From: Balanoglossus misakiensis
Taxonomy: Eukaryota; Animalia; Hemichordata
Direction: 5' to 3'
NCBI GenBank assembly: GCA_040954595.2
Contig: CM082582.2
Coordinates: 3,394,303 to 3,458,302, forward strand
Length of the DNA stretch: 64,000 bases
Shown: piece after piece, positions 51,009 through 64,000 of the stretch
Layout of the letters: every line of letters begins with the position of its first letter
Position numbering within the stretch: position 1 is the stretch's first letter
Made by a program: the position numbers and the translations under genes
Notes under the pieces: model-generated
Told to the model about the DNA's origin: nothing
Databases searched by the model: none
The model's input: only the letters and a program-made list of their open reading frames with translations

Positions 51009-53635
51009 TTACACCATGCATTCAGGTTGATTTTCTGAAACAAGAGAAATGAAGTTCAGTTAGTGAATATGCTGCCGAAACCAGGGTATAGACATTATAA
51101 TGAAAGCGATCATACAGAGAATTGCATGTTCGGAAAAACTGTGTGTTAATATAGTATGTGATGCGTGGTGGACCACGAAAACATAGACTGTGTGCCGTAA
51201 CAGATTTTTTTTGTTATTTTGCAAACGTTCATCCTTTGAGATATGGTGGTTTTACAATACTGACAAACGTCAGCAAATATAAAAAGCACCAGGTGTAGCC
51301 AACAAACTATGAACTGTTATAGGGGTCCGTATTACGATAAAATATATTGTACAGGAAAAGTAAAGTAAACCGGCTTAAAGTTCAAAGGGTATTAATTAAT
51401 TAGCTGTGAAGTTCATAGTCTGCCCTCTAACTGAACATTTTTGACTTACCCTCCCGTACTCAAACTTTGTTAAAACCGACGCACTCCCCACATATTTTGC
51501 GTGTTAATTTCCCCTCCTCATTGTGAATTTAAAAGCTCCTCTGCCATGTGGTGAAATAATTGTCGATTGCCCTGGCAAAATTCCCCTTAAAATTGTATCA
51601 TTCCCCAGCAGACATAAATCTCCCCTGACTTTTGATGTAAATAACTGTCGATTTCCCCCAGCCCTATGAAAAATAATCCCTTTACTTTCCGCTCCAGACG
51701 TGTACCTGATACGTGATGATGATAAGTACTTGTCCTGCTGTGTCACCCCGCTCCCTCGGAAACACCATAGCCTACCCGTAAAATAGGCTCTATTTCCAGA
51801 ATTTCCCATGTTCCGATTTTACAGGTTACTTTCCCTCCCCTCGTCTTTCCCCAATCCCGGTCAGCAGACCAGTCAACCGAAACCTGCCCTGCCTGACATA
51901 TAATATAAAATCTGCTCCCTACCGACTTAAAATATGTCCCCTGACCAAGAAAAATTAAAATGTCTCCTGCATTCAAAAATTGCTCCCGAAAGAGCTTTTT
52001 CGATCGATGAATAGCTCCGTTGGCTGCACCTGAAGCATATTGGTACCTTATATGTCTGATTACGTCAAAAATTGGGTTCAGCAGATAGACATGGTTTACA
52101 TAAATACATCAAGATCGACATATTCCGATTTTACGGTGTCTTACAAAACGTTCTCGCCATAGCCATTAGCATCCAAATATATTTGCTGTTAAAAATAATT
52201 TTGCACTCTGGGCATACCAAGGCTGCAGAAAAATACAATTTCCTCATTCCGGAGACCCTCGGCCCATACTATAGCACCCACACTTCCTCATGCTGACTTA
52301 CTGTATTGGCAGAAAAACTCTTTCTTTTTGTTACAGTAGTCATCGTCCCACTTCCACATCGGAGCAGCCCGTGGCTTCTTCCTTCAAAGAAAAGGTTCAG
52401 AAAAGGTCAGATTTCCTTGGAAGAACTTGATATATGAATATGAGACATTAAGCGCACAGGGATGTATGTCTGGATGATCAAATCAGCAATGACTAACTAG
52501 AGAATCACATTTGCATTGGCGCATTGACATCCGTGGGAAGTGCACAAATGAGTGCCGCTGAAATGCCTCATGAGGATACAAATGTATTACATTTATGACT
52601 GCTACTATCATTTGTATTGTTAATTTTGTTATTACATGTATGGTTAACATGATATTATAACTTTGGTTGGTGTTTTGCGGGTCATTACATGCATAATTGG
52701 CACAAGACTACAACACTGAATATGCAAGCCTCTTCCATGCAGTCTTTACCATAATTGTACGCAGTCCTGGCCATGGCATGGGTCCTTATTCTTGGAATTA
52801 TCTGGCATATTTGAATACCAATTTGTGTATGTCAATGCTGTTCCATCCGCCCACTGAAAACTGCCCTCCAATTCCTTGTCGTGAAGACCAATCCAGAAAC
52901 CCCTACTAGTTAGTTCACCAATGCCACTGGCATCTATAAATTCAACTAATTCACTTGCGACTGGCTCACTGTTAAGGACAGCAAGAACTCCTGACGATTG
53001 TGTGCAAATGGCTGACGCTGCATTCCAGCTGGCCTTGGTTACCATAACAACAAATTTATCGTTTCCGATACATATACCTGCGTGCAATCAAACAACAAGT
53101 TTAACTGGGGGCAATGCTGTCCCAATAAGACAAATGATTATGCAGTTTCTAATTATATAGTGGTCGACAAAATACGTCGTAACTAATTTTCTAGATGTAA
53201 ATGGATAATATAGCTAGCACCGACATGGTAGCCTCCTTAACAACATGGTCTGGATTCTGAACGTTATATCAATATCTACCAATGTTAGTTAAAAGTAAAC
53301 ATAATGAAAGTACAAACAGAATTTAGAACAACGGCGTACTTACTCTGAGACAGGCAAGTTGTTACCTAAAGTAATTAAAATAAGACACGACTTATGACAA
53401 GCGAAATACTAATTCCATAGTTGTCATACAATACTGTAGAAATGCCGATGAAATAAACACTTGCACTCGCGAAAAAAACGCGTATTGTCCATTGTAAATA
53501 TATTCTGAACTTAATAATAGAAATAAACAGAGGTAGCTATTTAAACAATTACTGGGACATTAATCAAACTAAAAATATACTTACTGTGTAAATTAGAACT
53601 AAACTAAACAGATATAACTTTGTCGACAGAGCCAT
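51009..53635 (-). CDS. Secreted C-type lectin (168 aa); coding exons 53635-53585, 53365-53344, 53077-52750, 52381-52302, 51034-51009
   Basis: Phases join in frame (507 nt): signal MALSTKLYLFSLVLIYT|VTTCLSQS, SWNAASAIC, FWIGL, QWADG, MPD, DCVQLW|KKPRAAPMWKWDDDYCNKKKEFFCQY|KNQPECMV*. Confidence 0.9.
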
Positions 53636-54415
53636 GTTCTGTTGAAAAAAGGGACATGAATCGCCCTTTACTATGGAGCATCGACGGTTTTAGTGAATAC
53701 TATTCATATATATATATACATATAATAGAGCAGAACATGAGTAAGGGAGGTGAAAGAAAGAAAGAAAGAGTATAGACTTACAATGTCATGTAAAACATTA
53801 TAGACCTAATACTAATATATTCAACACACGCTAAATGTAAACATCAGAAAATTTGTACAAGGAATTACAAAGATGTTGTATAACCTGAATACATATTTTT
53901 AATTGTACGAAGTGAAATTTAAAGATTTTCAGTGGAAACTGTTACATGTAACAAATTTGAATACGTCTGGAAATTTAAAAAGTATCCGTTTGCCAGCAGA
54001 TAGACATAAGAGCTTCATATTACCACTGATATATTGCTGTCAAGTGTTGACATTATATTAAGACACATTCTTTTGAGATATATGAAAGTAGAGTTTGAAA
54101 TGGCGCAATCAAACATTATATTTACCGAGGTAAGTGAGAATATCATTGATAATAAAGGCAACAAAGCTGTGATTCGCTTTTTATTCTGTTCGATAAAGTG
54201 AGTAATTATAAATACAGGATGATCAACAGGATGACAGACGACATCGATAGAAAATTAAAGATTTCGGAAATTAGCCTATCAAGATATGCTAACGGCCCTG
54301 GGTATAAGTGCACTAGGTATTTTATTAATCTGGAGCAATTGTGCCGAATTTACTATATTGCATTGAATAATGCTATCGTGTACAATAAGAAAGGAAGAAA
54401 GAACATTTAGCTTAC

Positions 54416-54482
54416 CTGGTGTCACCCTGCAGAGAGTTCACACTGTCAAAGGCTTATGACTAATACAAAGGTATTTTATATA
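54416..54482 (-). promoter_or_regulatory. TATA box and non-coding first exon of the lectin gene
   Basis: Minus-strand TATATAAAA at ~54474-54482, an Inr-like TTAGTC downstream, then donor CAG|GTAAG at 54416. Confidence 0.6.
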
Positions 54483-56395
54483 TCGAACAGTCGTATACGT
54501 CAGAAAGTCATCATATCTTCTTGTTTGCGCTTTGACGTCAACCAATTTTATTTCAATTTCACACTTCCCCGAAACAGTCTGAATTGAATTGAAGGTATAT
54601 TTCCGTTTGCATATGTTACTTTTGTTTTAACAGTTCACATACATAAAGACTCCGTGATTGAAAGACATAAGGCGGCTTACAGCCCACTAGTCAGGCACTG
54701 AATTGTACTCTGATGGTATTAATCGATTTCACGTTCAAAAAAGTGGAGCAACGAAGCGACTAACATGACTAATGACAAATGAGGTTACCACACGTTATTG
54801 TCCAATAACATGTTCATTTTAATCACAATGATACCATCATGAACTATAATGGTGAGAAACTTCATATACTTGGAACTAAGCAAAATGCAAGTGAAAAACT
54901 CACTCATTTATTGTAGGGACAAAATTGACGAGCTGAAAATGACTTTTCAGTTTAAAAACTTCCGCTAACCGCACACGAATAACAAAATAATCTTCACACA
55001 ATCACAGTGGCTTCCAAAAGAGACACACACTGATCAGTTGAAAACGCAAATCTTTTGGGGATCTTTTTTGCGAACTTTTCGGGGCGTTCCCGGGAATCTG
55101 ATCAAACCGATTGCCACTTGGCTTTTCAGAAAGAGCACAGCAGATGTACCCACAAAGGGATAGTATACATAAACCTCTTTTAAGGCTTCTGTGATTTATC
55201 GACCAAATTGCTGGACTATACGCTTACCCTTAAAGACAAAAGACCGGGGAATCTGTAACTAGTCGTTGCAGTACGGGTGTCATGACACTCAAATGAGTGT
55301 CCATCATCACTGAGGTAACCGACGCCATATTTTGAAAACGAACTCGAGGTCGTTGTTCGATTGGCCCATGTCATGAGGGTCCATATATATGCCTTAGTTG
55401 CTAGGCGAAAATTGAATATTCGCACCACTATGAAATTCATTTCAATTTTGCACCACCATTCAACATTAATCGAGCTTTGCTTTTGTCCCTTCATCAGAAA
55501 TGTAAAGTAGAGTTTATGTATTTTGTTAACTTCAGCTATCAGCTATCAGTATTGATATGCTTTAAAGGATTTAGTATTTTTGTGAGAACTCAATTCTGGA
55601 TAGAGACGGTGACAGGATTTTTGTTGGGTGATCACTTAGTCTGGGCCGGGCCGGTCTGTAGGTCTGCCCAGGGTCAGATCTTGGCCACTTTACGCAATAA
55701 AGCGTCACTCTTACACAACTCATATCGAGCAGTATTTCTCCCGGTTCGCAAAGTCTGACAATCGTCACACTGAAAAGGGGTTTGTTTCAATCATGGCGTC
55801 TTATATGTTGGAAAAATGAATTTTCATCCGTTATGCTAGTCCCATGGCAACATGCCAGGCGAGAGGCTCAAAACGGATATGGACGGTGACATTGATATTT
55901 TCCTGGACATAACGGCTGTGTTGGTTGGTTTTGTTTCATAATAAACATATTTTCACCACAATAACACCATGACGAGACTCAATGGATTATAGATAGATTG
56001 GAGAAAACGTATCGCACATAAAGTGTTTCTCAGTCCGGATGAAAAACAAGACTAGTCTAAATATGACACCGCATACTGGTTTCCGGTAATAAAGGTGGCG
56101 AAAAAGGGCAAAGAAATATGGGTGATTGAATTTACGCCTCAGCTAAAAATAAACATTTCCGTGCAAGCAAACAGTTCGCATAGCCTGTGCCGATATCGAT
56201 GGACCCTCACTGTTTTGCTAATTAATTTAGACCACGACAATGCTGATTGGTAAATCACTTTCCGCACAACTATGACAGGTAGACCACAGCACTAGACTTG
56301 CTCCAAGTCTGTGGTCTTCATTATTTCATAATAAATGCATTTCGGAAAATGTTGTTCCGAGTCTCGCTGTGTTGAGTAAACGCAACTAGTGTGAG

Positions 56396-56836
56396 CACAG
56401 GGGACTGCAAACATGAAAGTTATAAATGGCGAAGTACGTTCCATTCTGCGTTTTCCCAACCTGTCTTATCATTTGCTAATCTAGAATAAAAGCTATCCAT
56501 TTCCCATTAATCACCTGCTAACGACTTAATCTGTGTGCCCCATCCACGGATTAAGTTGATAAAGTAAACATCGGTCAGCGAGTACTGGGTATACCAAGTG
56601 TGAACTGACCGATGTTTACATAATCCACTAAATCGTGGATGGGGCACACAGATTAAGTCGTTAGCAGGTGCTTAATGGGAAATGCGATAGCTTTTATTCT
56701 GGATTAGCAACTGATAAGGCAGGAGGGGGTAACACAGAAAAATAACAAGCACAGACACTGTTCAGCAAGTACTGTTTATTGGGGGGAAATGCAGAAACTC
56801 CGCCATTTATAACTTTCATGTTTGCAGCCCCCTATG
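56396..56836. mobile_element. P-superfamily-like palindromic MITE
   Basis: CA...TG ends; TIR CAYAGGGGRCTGCAAACATGAAAGTTATAAATGGCG; 7-bp TSD GTGTGAG at 56389-56395 and 56837-56843; internal arms are also inverted. Confidence 0.8.
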
Positions 56837-56870
56837 GTGTGAGCAAGTAAATCAGTTCAGCCCCGAATTC

Positions 56871-56985
56871 GAAACTCAGCTCAGTACCAGAAACTCGCTC
56901 AAAGCAAGCAAATACACGAAAAGTAATGAGTATCTTTATAAACACAAAAATCACCAAGGAACTAGTGGGATTGATCAATAAGGCC
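56871..56985. repeat. Dispersed repeat shared with ~34183-34280
   Basis: aaactcagctcagtaccagaaactcgc.caaagca.gcaaatac...atcaccaag.gactagtggg in both places. Confidence 0.65.
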
Positions 56986-57823
56986 CACACTCTACACTCT
57001 TGGAACAGGTGAGCAAAGTAGAGGCGCCAAACAATTTGACGTTGACCGGGCTTGACCTCATGATGTATTCGCACCTCTGACGTTATTATCGCGTATCACT
57101 GACATTGTTTTGCCACGAGAATGACTCCAATTCGGTCAGGATGTTTGACTTTAACCGTTGAAAAGGCCAGTGCCCCCGGTCGAGTGATGGGGAAAGAGGG
57201 GGGAGACGGGGAGAGAGAGAGTACATTGTACAAACAATAATTTATGACGTAGCGACATAAAATCTAACCATTTCCTGATTACAAAATTGTGACTAATGCT
57301 GACATCACGTTTATGATCGAAAATTAATCGTATCCCATTATTAAGCCACTTCTAACTTGGACATTCTTTCAACCACGATGCAGAAATATTTAAAGCACCA
57401 ATTTTTCCACATTCTGCATAGACTCCCGTAAGTATTCGTGTTGAATAGGCACGGGCCTTATACGTTTGAATTACATTTCGTGTCATCTATCTCTCTGCTG
57501 AAAGATTTCATCCCAAAAAATAAGAACAAGGTAAGTAGAGATTTTTCATATTTTATTCATAAGTTCACAAAAATCAACAAAACAATTTCCCCCACAAGCC
57601 CTCTAAAAGTACAATGTGAACTTATTCCGGTGGTGTCTGTTCCAAGTAAATAGTTATCAAGCCGACATCAGAATATTACGCCTCTAAAGACTGGTTTCAG
57701 CATGAAATGATATATTTTTTCGAATTTTACACTAAGAATTTATTCATGCTTCAGGATAGAGTATTGCAATGCTAATCCCGTCTGTCCTGATATTTATCAG
57801 GCTTGCTGTAGAGATGGACCAAT

Positions 57824-60800
57824 TTATACACACTGATCTGTAATGAAAAACAATAGAAACAGTGTTCATTATTAAAAAAACATCCATAGCACACTGGTCC
57901 ATGTGTCTTTAGATTGTATATATGATGCTGCGTGTTAAATCGCCATCATTAAAACAGAATTTTGGCTTCTTTAATTAACGGGAGGGGTTACCAAGGGTGG
58001 TGTTTAATATATGTGTCCACTGGGAGGTTGGTTAGTCAGTAAGGTAAAAGCTATTTCCACCAACCACAAGTCAACCAAGCCAAGCTTACAAGTATGTAGT
58101 ATAAGAATATAATTCTACAAAATTTTATTAAGAATGGGACCAATGCTTCTATACAGAGAAATCGGTATGTAGTTGAATTTGATGATACGTCATTAAACGC
58201 ATGAATCGTGTGGGTAAATGTTCACAGTAAAACTTTGAAATACGTTTTAATTACCTGCATATTCACAAATGTAAGACTTGCTCTTAATCTGACAGTAATC
58301 ATCGTCGAATAACCAATTTTTCGGTTTCCTGAAAATTCAACAACAGTCGAGTTATATTCAACATAAGTACTGGTATTTTGAAACATCACTATAAAATTTA
58401 TCAATTCATTCAGTATATAATGAAATCACGGAGAAGGCGGATGAATGGGTATAGAGTTGTGTGGTAGACCGCCTATATATAGTCATGTTGCAGAGTGTAC
58501 AATATATGAGTTTCAAATACTTCATCATACTGTGTGGGCGTTTGATTGATTATATACCGGTTCGTATTATTTCTTTGACAGATCTGCACGCCCACAGCCA
58601 GTTAATGTTTTCTTCACTAGTTATTCAACATAATTGTATAAAGTTTCATTATCTAATTTGCAACCTCATAAGTATGATTGGGTTTTGAGTGATTAGGTCC
58701 GCTAATGAGTTCAATATCCATTTGCCAAAAAAATCCACGCTTTCGGACAGTTCTCACCATATTACTTTAGCAGTCAAGTCTGGAAAGAGACTTAGGTTCA
58801 ATGAAAACCAATGGAAATTCCTTGAAGCATCATTTCAATAAACGAAAATAGTATTTGGATATATTTATTTTTAAGATTTAAAGCTTTTCCTATATGTATC
58901 TATTGTTATGTATTTTTAATCCTTGCAACTTGTTTCTGTTGTGTCATCGATATACATCCCACACGCAATTGTGTTTCAAATACACACTGTTGCTATCTAA
59001 CTATACAACGACTTTACTATTTTATTTTCTGGCCCTCCCCGTTACGTGAAAATGTAAATCGTTGCGGGAGAACATAAACAAGCTCACTTTAATACTGTAC
59101 ACTTACGTGCGTAATTACTACGTATGTTATTGTTGATTTTGACCTTTAAATTTGATGTATATTCAAATCACAACAATCTTGCCACTTCTTTGTAAAACTC
59201 AGTTTCTACGGCAAATAAGTTTAAACTTCAAACAAACTCGGCCTGCGACTTCGACACACAGGATGTTTTCGGGTGACTTCCCTGTGGTAGACAGCCGAAT
59301 GAAAACCCAAATCATCAGGCGCAGCTTAGAATCCCCTCATATGTATGTTGACCAACATATGCTACACATGTCGCTGCCATAAGACGGAACAATCTGAAAC
59401 ACAGCTGCTCACCAAAGTTGAACGCAGTCTTGACCATGGCAACTGTCCTTCTTGTTGTCGTTGTTAGGGTTGCCGGAAGACCAAGGTTGATATTCACCCA
59501 AAGGCTCACCGTCTGCCCAGTAGAAATCTCCTTCCTTTGACCTGTCGTCTAGACCAATCCATAACCCACGTCTTATATCAGTGGCCACATTGGGATTACT
59601 CGTGATAAAATTCCGTATGAGATGGAAAGTGGTTTCGTCCTTCACTGTCGCTAACTTCCCTCCTGTAGTGACACACGCGTCGCGAGCGCTTGTCCAAGGT
59701 TTAGCAGGGCTTGTGTAGATACGAAACAATCTACCATCTGAAGGATGACATATTTCTAAATGTGCAATGACAAAGAAGGGAGAGAGTTGAATAAGTCGAC
59801 CAAGTTAGATAGAAAGTGATAAATGACTATTTAGTATGAATTAATAGACCCACACAAACTGATCCAATCTCCTCGTAGAGGGAGTCGGCCCTCAGAATGA
59901 TGTCACATTGCTCAGTATGAATGACCGCGAATGGCAAATGAAACCAAACAATGCAAGCCAATGCGAATAAAGACAGGTGGACATATACCCTACACGCTTG
60001 GTCAAAACAGAGATAAGCAAGGTGTTAACATCGTCAGTGTCATCACATTGGTTGAAAGGTCAAACATCAAACAGTGGTACTGGAGAAATGTTTTTTTTTA
60101 GGAATCGACCTGAATTCGTAAAATTGAGACTATTGTGTATTCAGTCCAGTATCATACTTACCGACATCACTTCGCTTCTGTAGGCGGGTAGATAAACAGC
60201 ATAGAGACAGACAGACAGATAAACAGTAGGTTGGTAGGTAGGGTAGGGTAGAGTAAGTTAGGGTAGGGTGGGGAAGGGTAGGGTAGGGTATAGTGGCGGA
60301 TGGGTGGGCGGGTAGATAGGTCGGTCATGAAAAAATAAGAACAGAATAAATAGTACATATCGAATAAAACATCTTTATATTCACTCTGAACCTGAAGAAC
60401 TGCAAACACTACCCGTACAGAAAAGCTAATGGCATTTTGTTATGTTCAGAAGGGGGCACCATTTTGGGGGTGTGGGTGGAGGGTGGAGAAGCCAACAGGA
60501 AATGTGCCGGCCCACCCCCTGCCGGAAAAACTTAAAGGTCACATGCATTGTCATAGCTAAATTCTATCTCTAACTTCCGTTAAACAATCGGACATTAATA
60601 TTTTCATATTACCATTCGGGTCTCTTTATTGAGCATTTACATAATGTTCAATGGTTCTATATACTTTGGCTACTTTTTAGTGGAACGATATACTAATTGC
60701 TTAAATGTACACACGAATATGTGTACGTTCGTAATAAAACAGCAAACCGGTAGGTTACAACAACATCACATAAATGTCGGCGTAATTTTTAAGATAGCCT

Positions 60801-61082
60801 TAAGAATTCGATATGTTGAAAACATTAACATATGCCGTTGCCACTTTGCGATGTAGGCTTATATTATATTGCTTATCACCTGACAATGTGGTAACTGTGG
60901 AATCGAATGAAAAGGGTGAGATTTTCGTTTAAATCCGCGATATGATAAGCATTCAAGGGCAAATCCCGCGAGATGTAAATGTTTTGCGTTTCATTGATAC
61001 TAACCTGTCGGGATACCAGGGAGGATGACGCCATCGAGATCCACACCAACAACATGATTGAAGAACTCCAGCAAACCACCAT
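57824..61082 (-). CDS. Second C-type lectin paralog, possibly truncated or pseudogenised; exons 61082-61005, 60177-60162, 59755-59413; 3' end uncertain
   Basis: MVVCWSSSIMLLVWISMASSSLVSRQ|KRSDVE|ICHPSDG...WTSARDAC...LWIGL...WADG...NPN...CHGQDCVQLW with the same intron phases as the neighbour; no intact WDD exon found. Confidence 0.75.
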
Positions 61083-61170
61083 TTTCTTAACTCGTTCCTC
61101 GAAAGCCCGCTTGTAGAAGGAATACTGAAATGAATTGACCGAAAACTTTGCAATAAGGCGATGAGACTAG

Positions 61171-61178
61171 TTTATATA
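61171..61178 (-). promoter_or_regulatory. TATA box of the second lectin gene
   Basis: Minus-strand TATATAAA about 90 bp upstream of the ATG at 61082. Confidence 0.55.
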
Positions 61179-61857
61179 TTGATAGATTAAAGCCTTTCCT
61201 TAGTATGAAACGGAATGAGACGGAAATATATGGAAGATAGATTATGTGAGTTCGCGTTTCCGTGGGATTACATCGTATCGTAGTAACCGGACCCTAATGC
61301 GAAACGAAAGTATGAGCATATTACGAAACACATGAGCTGCAGAGACTGGAGATTACATCATAGGCAACCATAGAGTGATATCGTACGCTTACTGGTCATA
61401 AACTCCTGATATTGGTTGGAATTGAGTTTTTGTCGCCGGGATCGTTTTCGACGATTTACAAGGCGCACCGTTGTTCGACCGCCTGACGGAATGGATGCAC
61501 CACAGTACTGCTCTCCGAGAACTGTGATTGCATTTTCATGCATCGTTCAATTGTGAAAAATCCGCGATTGAATTTTAATTTGCGATTATTCTTCTCTTGC
61601 GTCAGACATGGCAAGGCTAATGTCAACAATTGTGACGTGAACGGAAAGGCTCTGAAAGCACCTTTTGTTGTTTTGAAATATCGCCAATATCACGAGGAAA
61701 ACTGGAAGGATAGCACCGAATAATAATGCGGTTTATTTCGTTTTGAATCATAATTCATAGTACCATCTCTTTGAGTTGCCATGCAACGCCTAGTTGCGGG
61801 GAAAGGGTTCTCTGTTTTGTTCAGTGTCTACATTATCCAGGTTACCGTATAGAGTTA

Positions 61858-62664
61858 GGCTGCATTCACAAACACCTCTGGAGGGGGGGGGGCGGGAGAA
61901 TTCGATTTTTTTTACCGTTAATTTTCACATGCCCCCCCTCAACAACCCGAAATATTTTCAAATCCCCCCCTTCCGAACTGCTAAAATTTTCAAATCCCCC
62001 CCCCCCATTTTCTTTCACACAGCAAAACACATCACCTATCTATCTTGTAAAAAAGAAAAACAGCGCTCCCATGAAAAGAATTTGAAACTGATGTTTCCCC
62101 TCATCAGTGGGTATTAAAACTGAACATTGTTTTTTATTTTTTAAGTATCTGTATTCTGTGTTGGGAGACATTGTAAACCAAGAATTGAAGGGGGTGGGTT
62201 TGGGAGGGGGTGTCCCCCTCCCACGTAAGAAAATTTTATAAAATACAGAGCTCAAAGCTGCATTTTAATGAACCTGGCAAAAGCAAATTAACTCAACTAC
62301 CGGTATGTTGGGGAGGACAAATTTAACCGCCGCCGCTCAAAGTTATCATGGGGTGGGGGCAAGTCCCCTGACCTGGGACACTAGATAAACCAGTCAATGT
62401 TTGAAAGGTGTTGATAAATGGAGGGGGTGGGTGTGGGAGGGGGTGTCCCCCTCCCACATTAGAAAATTTTGTAAAATAAAGGGCGCGAAACTGCATTTTT
62501 GTGGACTCAAAATTAATATTTAATCGTCAAAGTTTTCAAGTCCCCCCCCCTTTCAGTCCCTAAATTATTTCAAATCCCCCCCCCTTACATACCCTCAATT
62601 TTTTCAAATCCCCCCCCTCAATTCTCCTGCCCCCCCCCCTCCAGAGGTGTTTGTGAATGCAGCC
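61858..62664. mobile_element. PIF/Harbinger-type MITE, family B copy 2 (inverted relative to 48128-48895)
   Basis: Same TIR; TTA duplicated at 61855-61857 and 62665-62667. Confidence 0.88.
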
Positions 62665-64000
62665 TTATTGGTACTGCAGAAGATTCATTCTAAAATTTAC
62701 CACAAGTCGTTAGAGAAGGCATAGCTATAAAATTGTATAATAACAATACTCGTTTATGCCTCTCAGTTCTTGTCTGGTATTATTACTGATCCTTTCCGTG
62801 CTGGTATCTTTGCCGTTTTCTCATCCTGATGTGCTCAACTACAACACAGTTTGATAGACCAGCTCGTTTAACCAAAACAGTGATCTTATTAATTTGAACG
62901 CATTAATTAACGTACATACCAGGCTTCTACCGATTTAAGCCGTTCTAAGTGAGTGATGAAAATCTCATATGGTCGACACAATTTCAAGATGGCCGATTTT
63001 TGCTATGTTTAAGAAATGGGAGCTCATAAGCTAAAATGATGACGGGTCATTCTAAAACTTTTTGACAGAAAAAATAACAAAATGTGAACAAGTTAAGGAG
63101 TTTAATATGGTAACTTCAAAGACAGACATGTTTGACCAAAGGAAGTCATGAAATACAGTAAACATATCATTTCTTCTATCTCTTACTACAGTGGGTTGTC
63201 GACTTTTCGCCCAGAATGCAATGTGATTTGACCCCCTAGCGCAAAGTTTAGTACTGAAATACTACAATCGTATAATTAGCCCTACCTAAATTCATGAGTC
63301 ATAAGAAAAATGTTGAAGTTAGACTTTGAATTAAGAGAAATGTTCGTCATCAAATATCAGTTTAAAATCTTGGTAAGCACATTAAATGCACTTTGTCTAC
63401 ATTTTGGTGTAGAAACAGAGATGCTTGTCCTAGTAAAATCTCTAGGTTTCAATGGTTGTGGATGATTCTCTGTGGAGACTGTATCACTGGCAGAAATGAC
63501 ACGGACAAGTTCTACTCTGTAAGTCATGTAGGTCGGCGTTGCTATCGCAGTGGTTGTGGGAATCAATCAATCATGTTTGTCAGCTAGTCAGTGGGGACAA
63601 TATCCGTAAGGAAACATGTATACGAGTAGTTAGTATCCAGGTAAGCTGTAACATGGCTACCCTTTAATTGAAACTTTTGGTTCAGGTGTGTGTACGTTGA
63701 TTCAGTATCAGAAGCGAATGTGCTGGAATTTGAAGTGGGCGCGTGTACATGGTCGGTGAAGTTTCTTTATAGTTGTATAGCGTGGGAGTCCCACTCATAA
63801 GTTCCGATGACTGTTATACAATGTATAGGTTGGTTCGACAAGTTTCATGAAAACTTTTTGTCGTGGAGAACCAGCACTTATAACGGGATCGAGCATTAAA
63901 ACATGAAGCAGACGACAAAAAGTGACGAGACAGGCATCGCGCATGGAAAAGTACCAAATATTCCCACAGAGCAGTTCCAAAATAAAATGTCCGTAAATTT

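Noticed and set aside
57900-57975. KKPKFCFNDGD as the missing lectin exon
   Set aside because: No suitable acceptor or phase, and it lacks the W and Cys pattern.
63357-63587. Short Cys- or Thr-rich ORFs
   Set aside because: No splice context or recognisable domain.
1-64000. tRNA, rRNA or prokaryotic operon/defence system
   Set aside because: None recognised; the only tRNA-related sequence is the Gypsy PBS.

Overview
AT-rich, intron-containing animal genomic DNA. The gene and repeat content suggests a marine invertebrate, possibly a deuterostome (inference only). Host genes: (1) a 5-exon, two-TM, NIT-domain membrane guanylate cyclase-like gene (+, 2299-12049) whose two catalytic metal-binding Asp residues are both substituted; (2) a complete secreted C-type lectin gene (-, 53635-51009); (3) a tandem paralogous lectin (-, from 61082) with a furin-type site and an apparently decayed WDD exon. 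A near-intact, very young Ty3/Gypsy LTR retrotransposon occupies 21054-27599, with 377-bp LTRs, TTAG TSD, tRNA-Ser PBS, a -1 frameshift signal and one frameshift before integrase. The rest is a dense, partly nested set of non-autonomous DNA elements (Harbinger-, Kolobok-, MULE-, P-, Tc1/pogo-, CACTA-, Helentron- and Crypton-like), an unclassified long-TIR element with a 7-bp TSD, decayed coding relics and microsatellites. Coordinates and alignments were read by eye; no database search was run.
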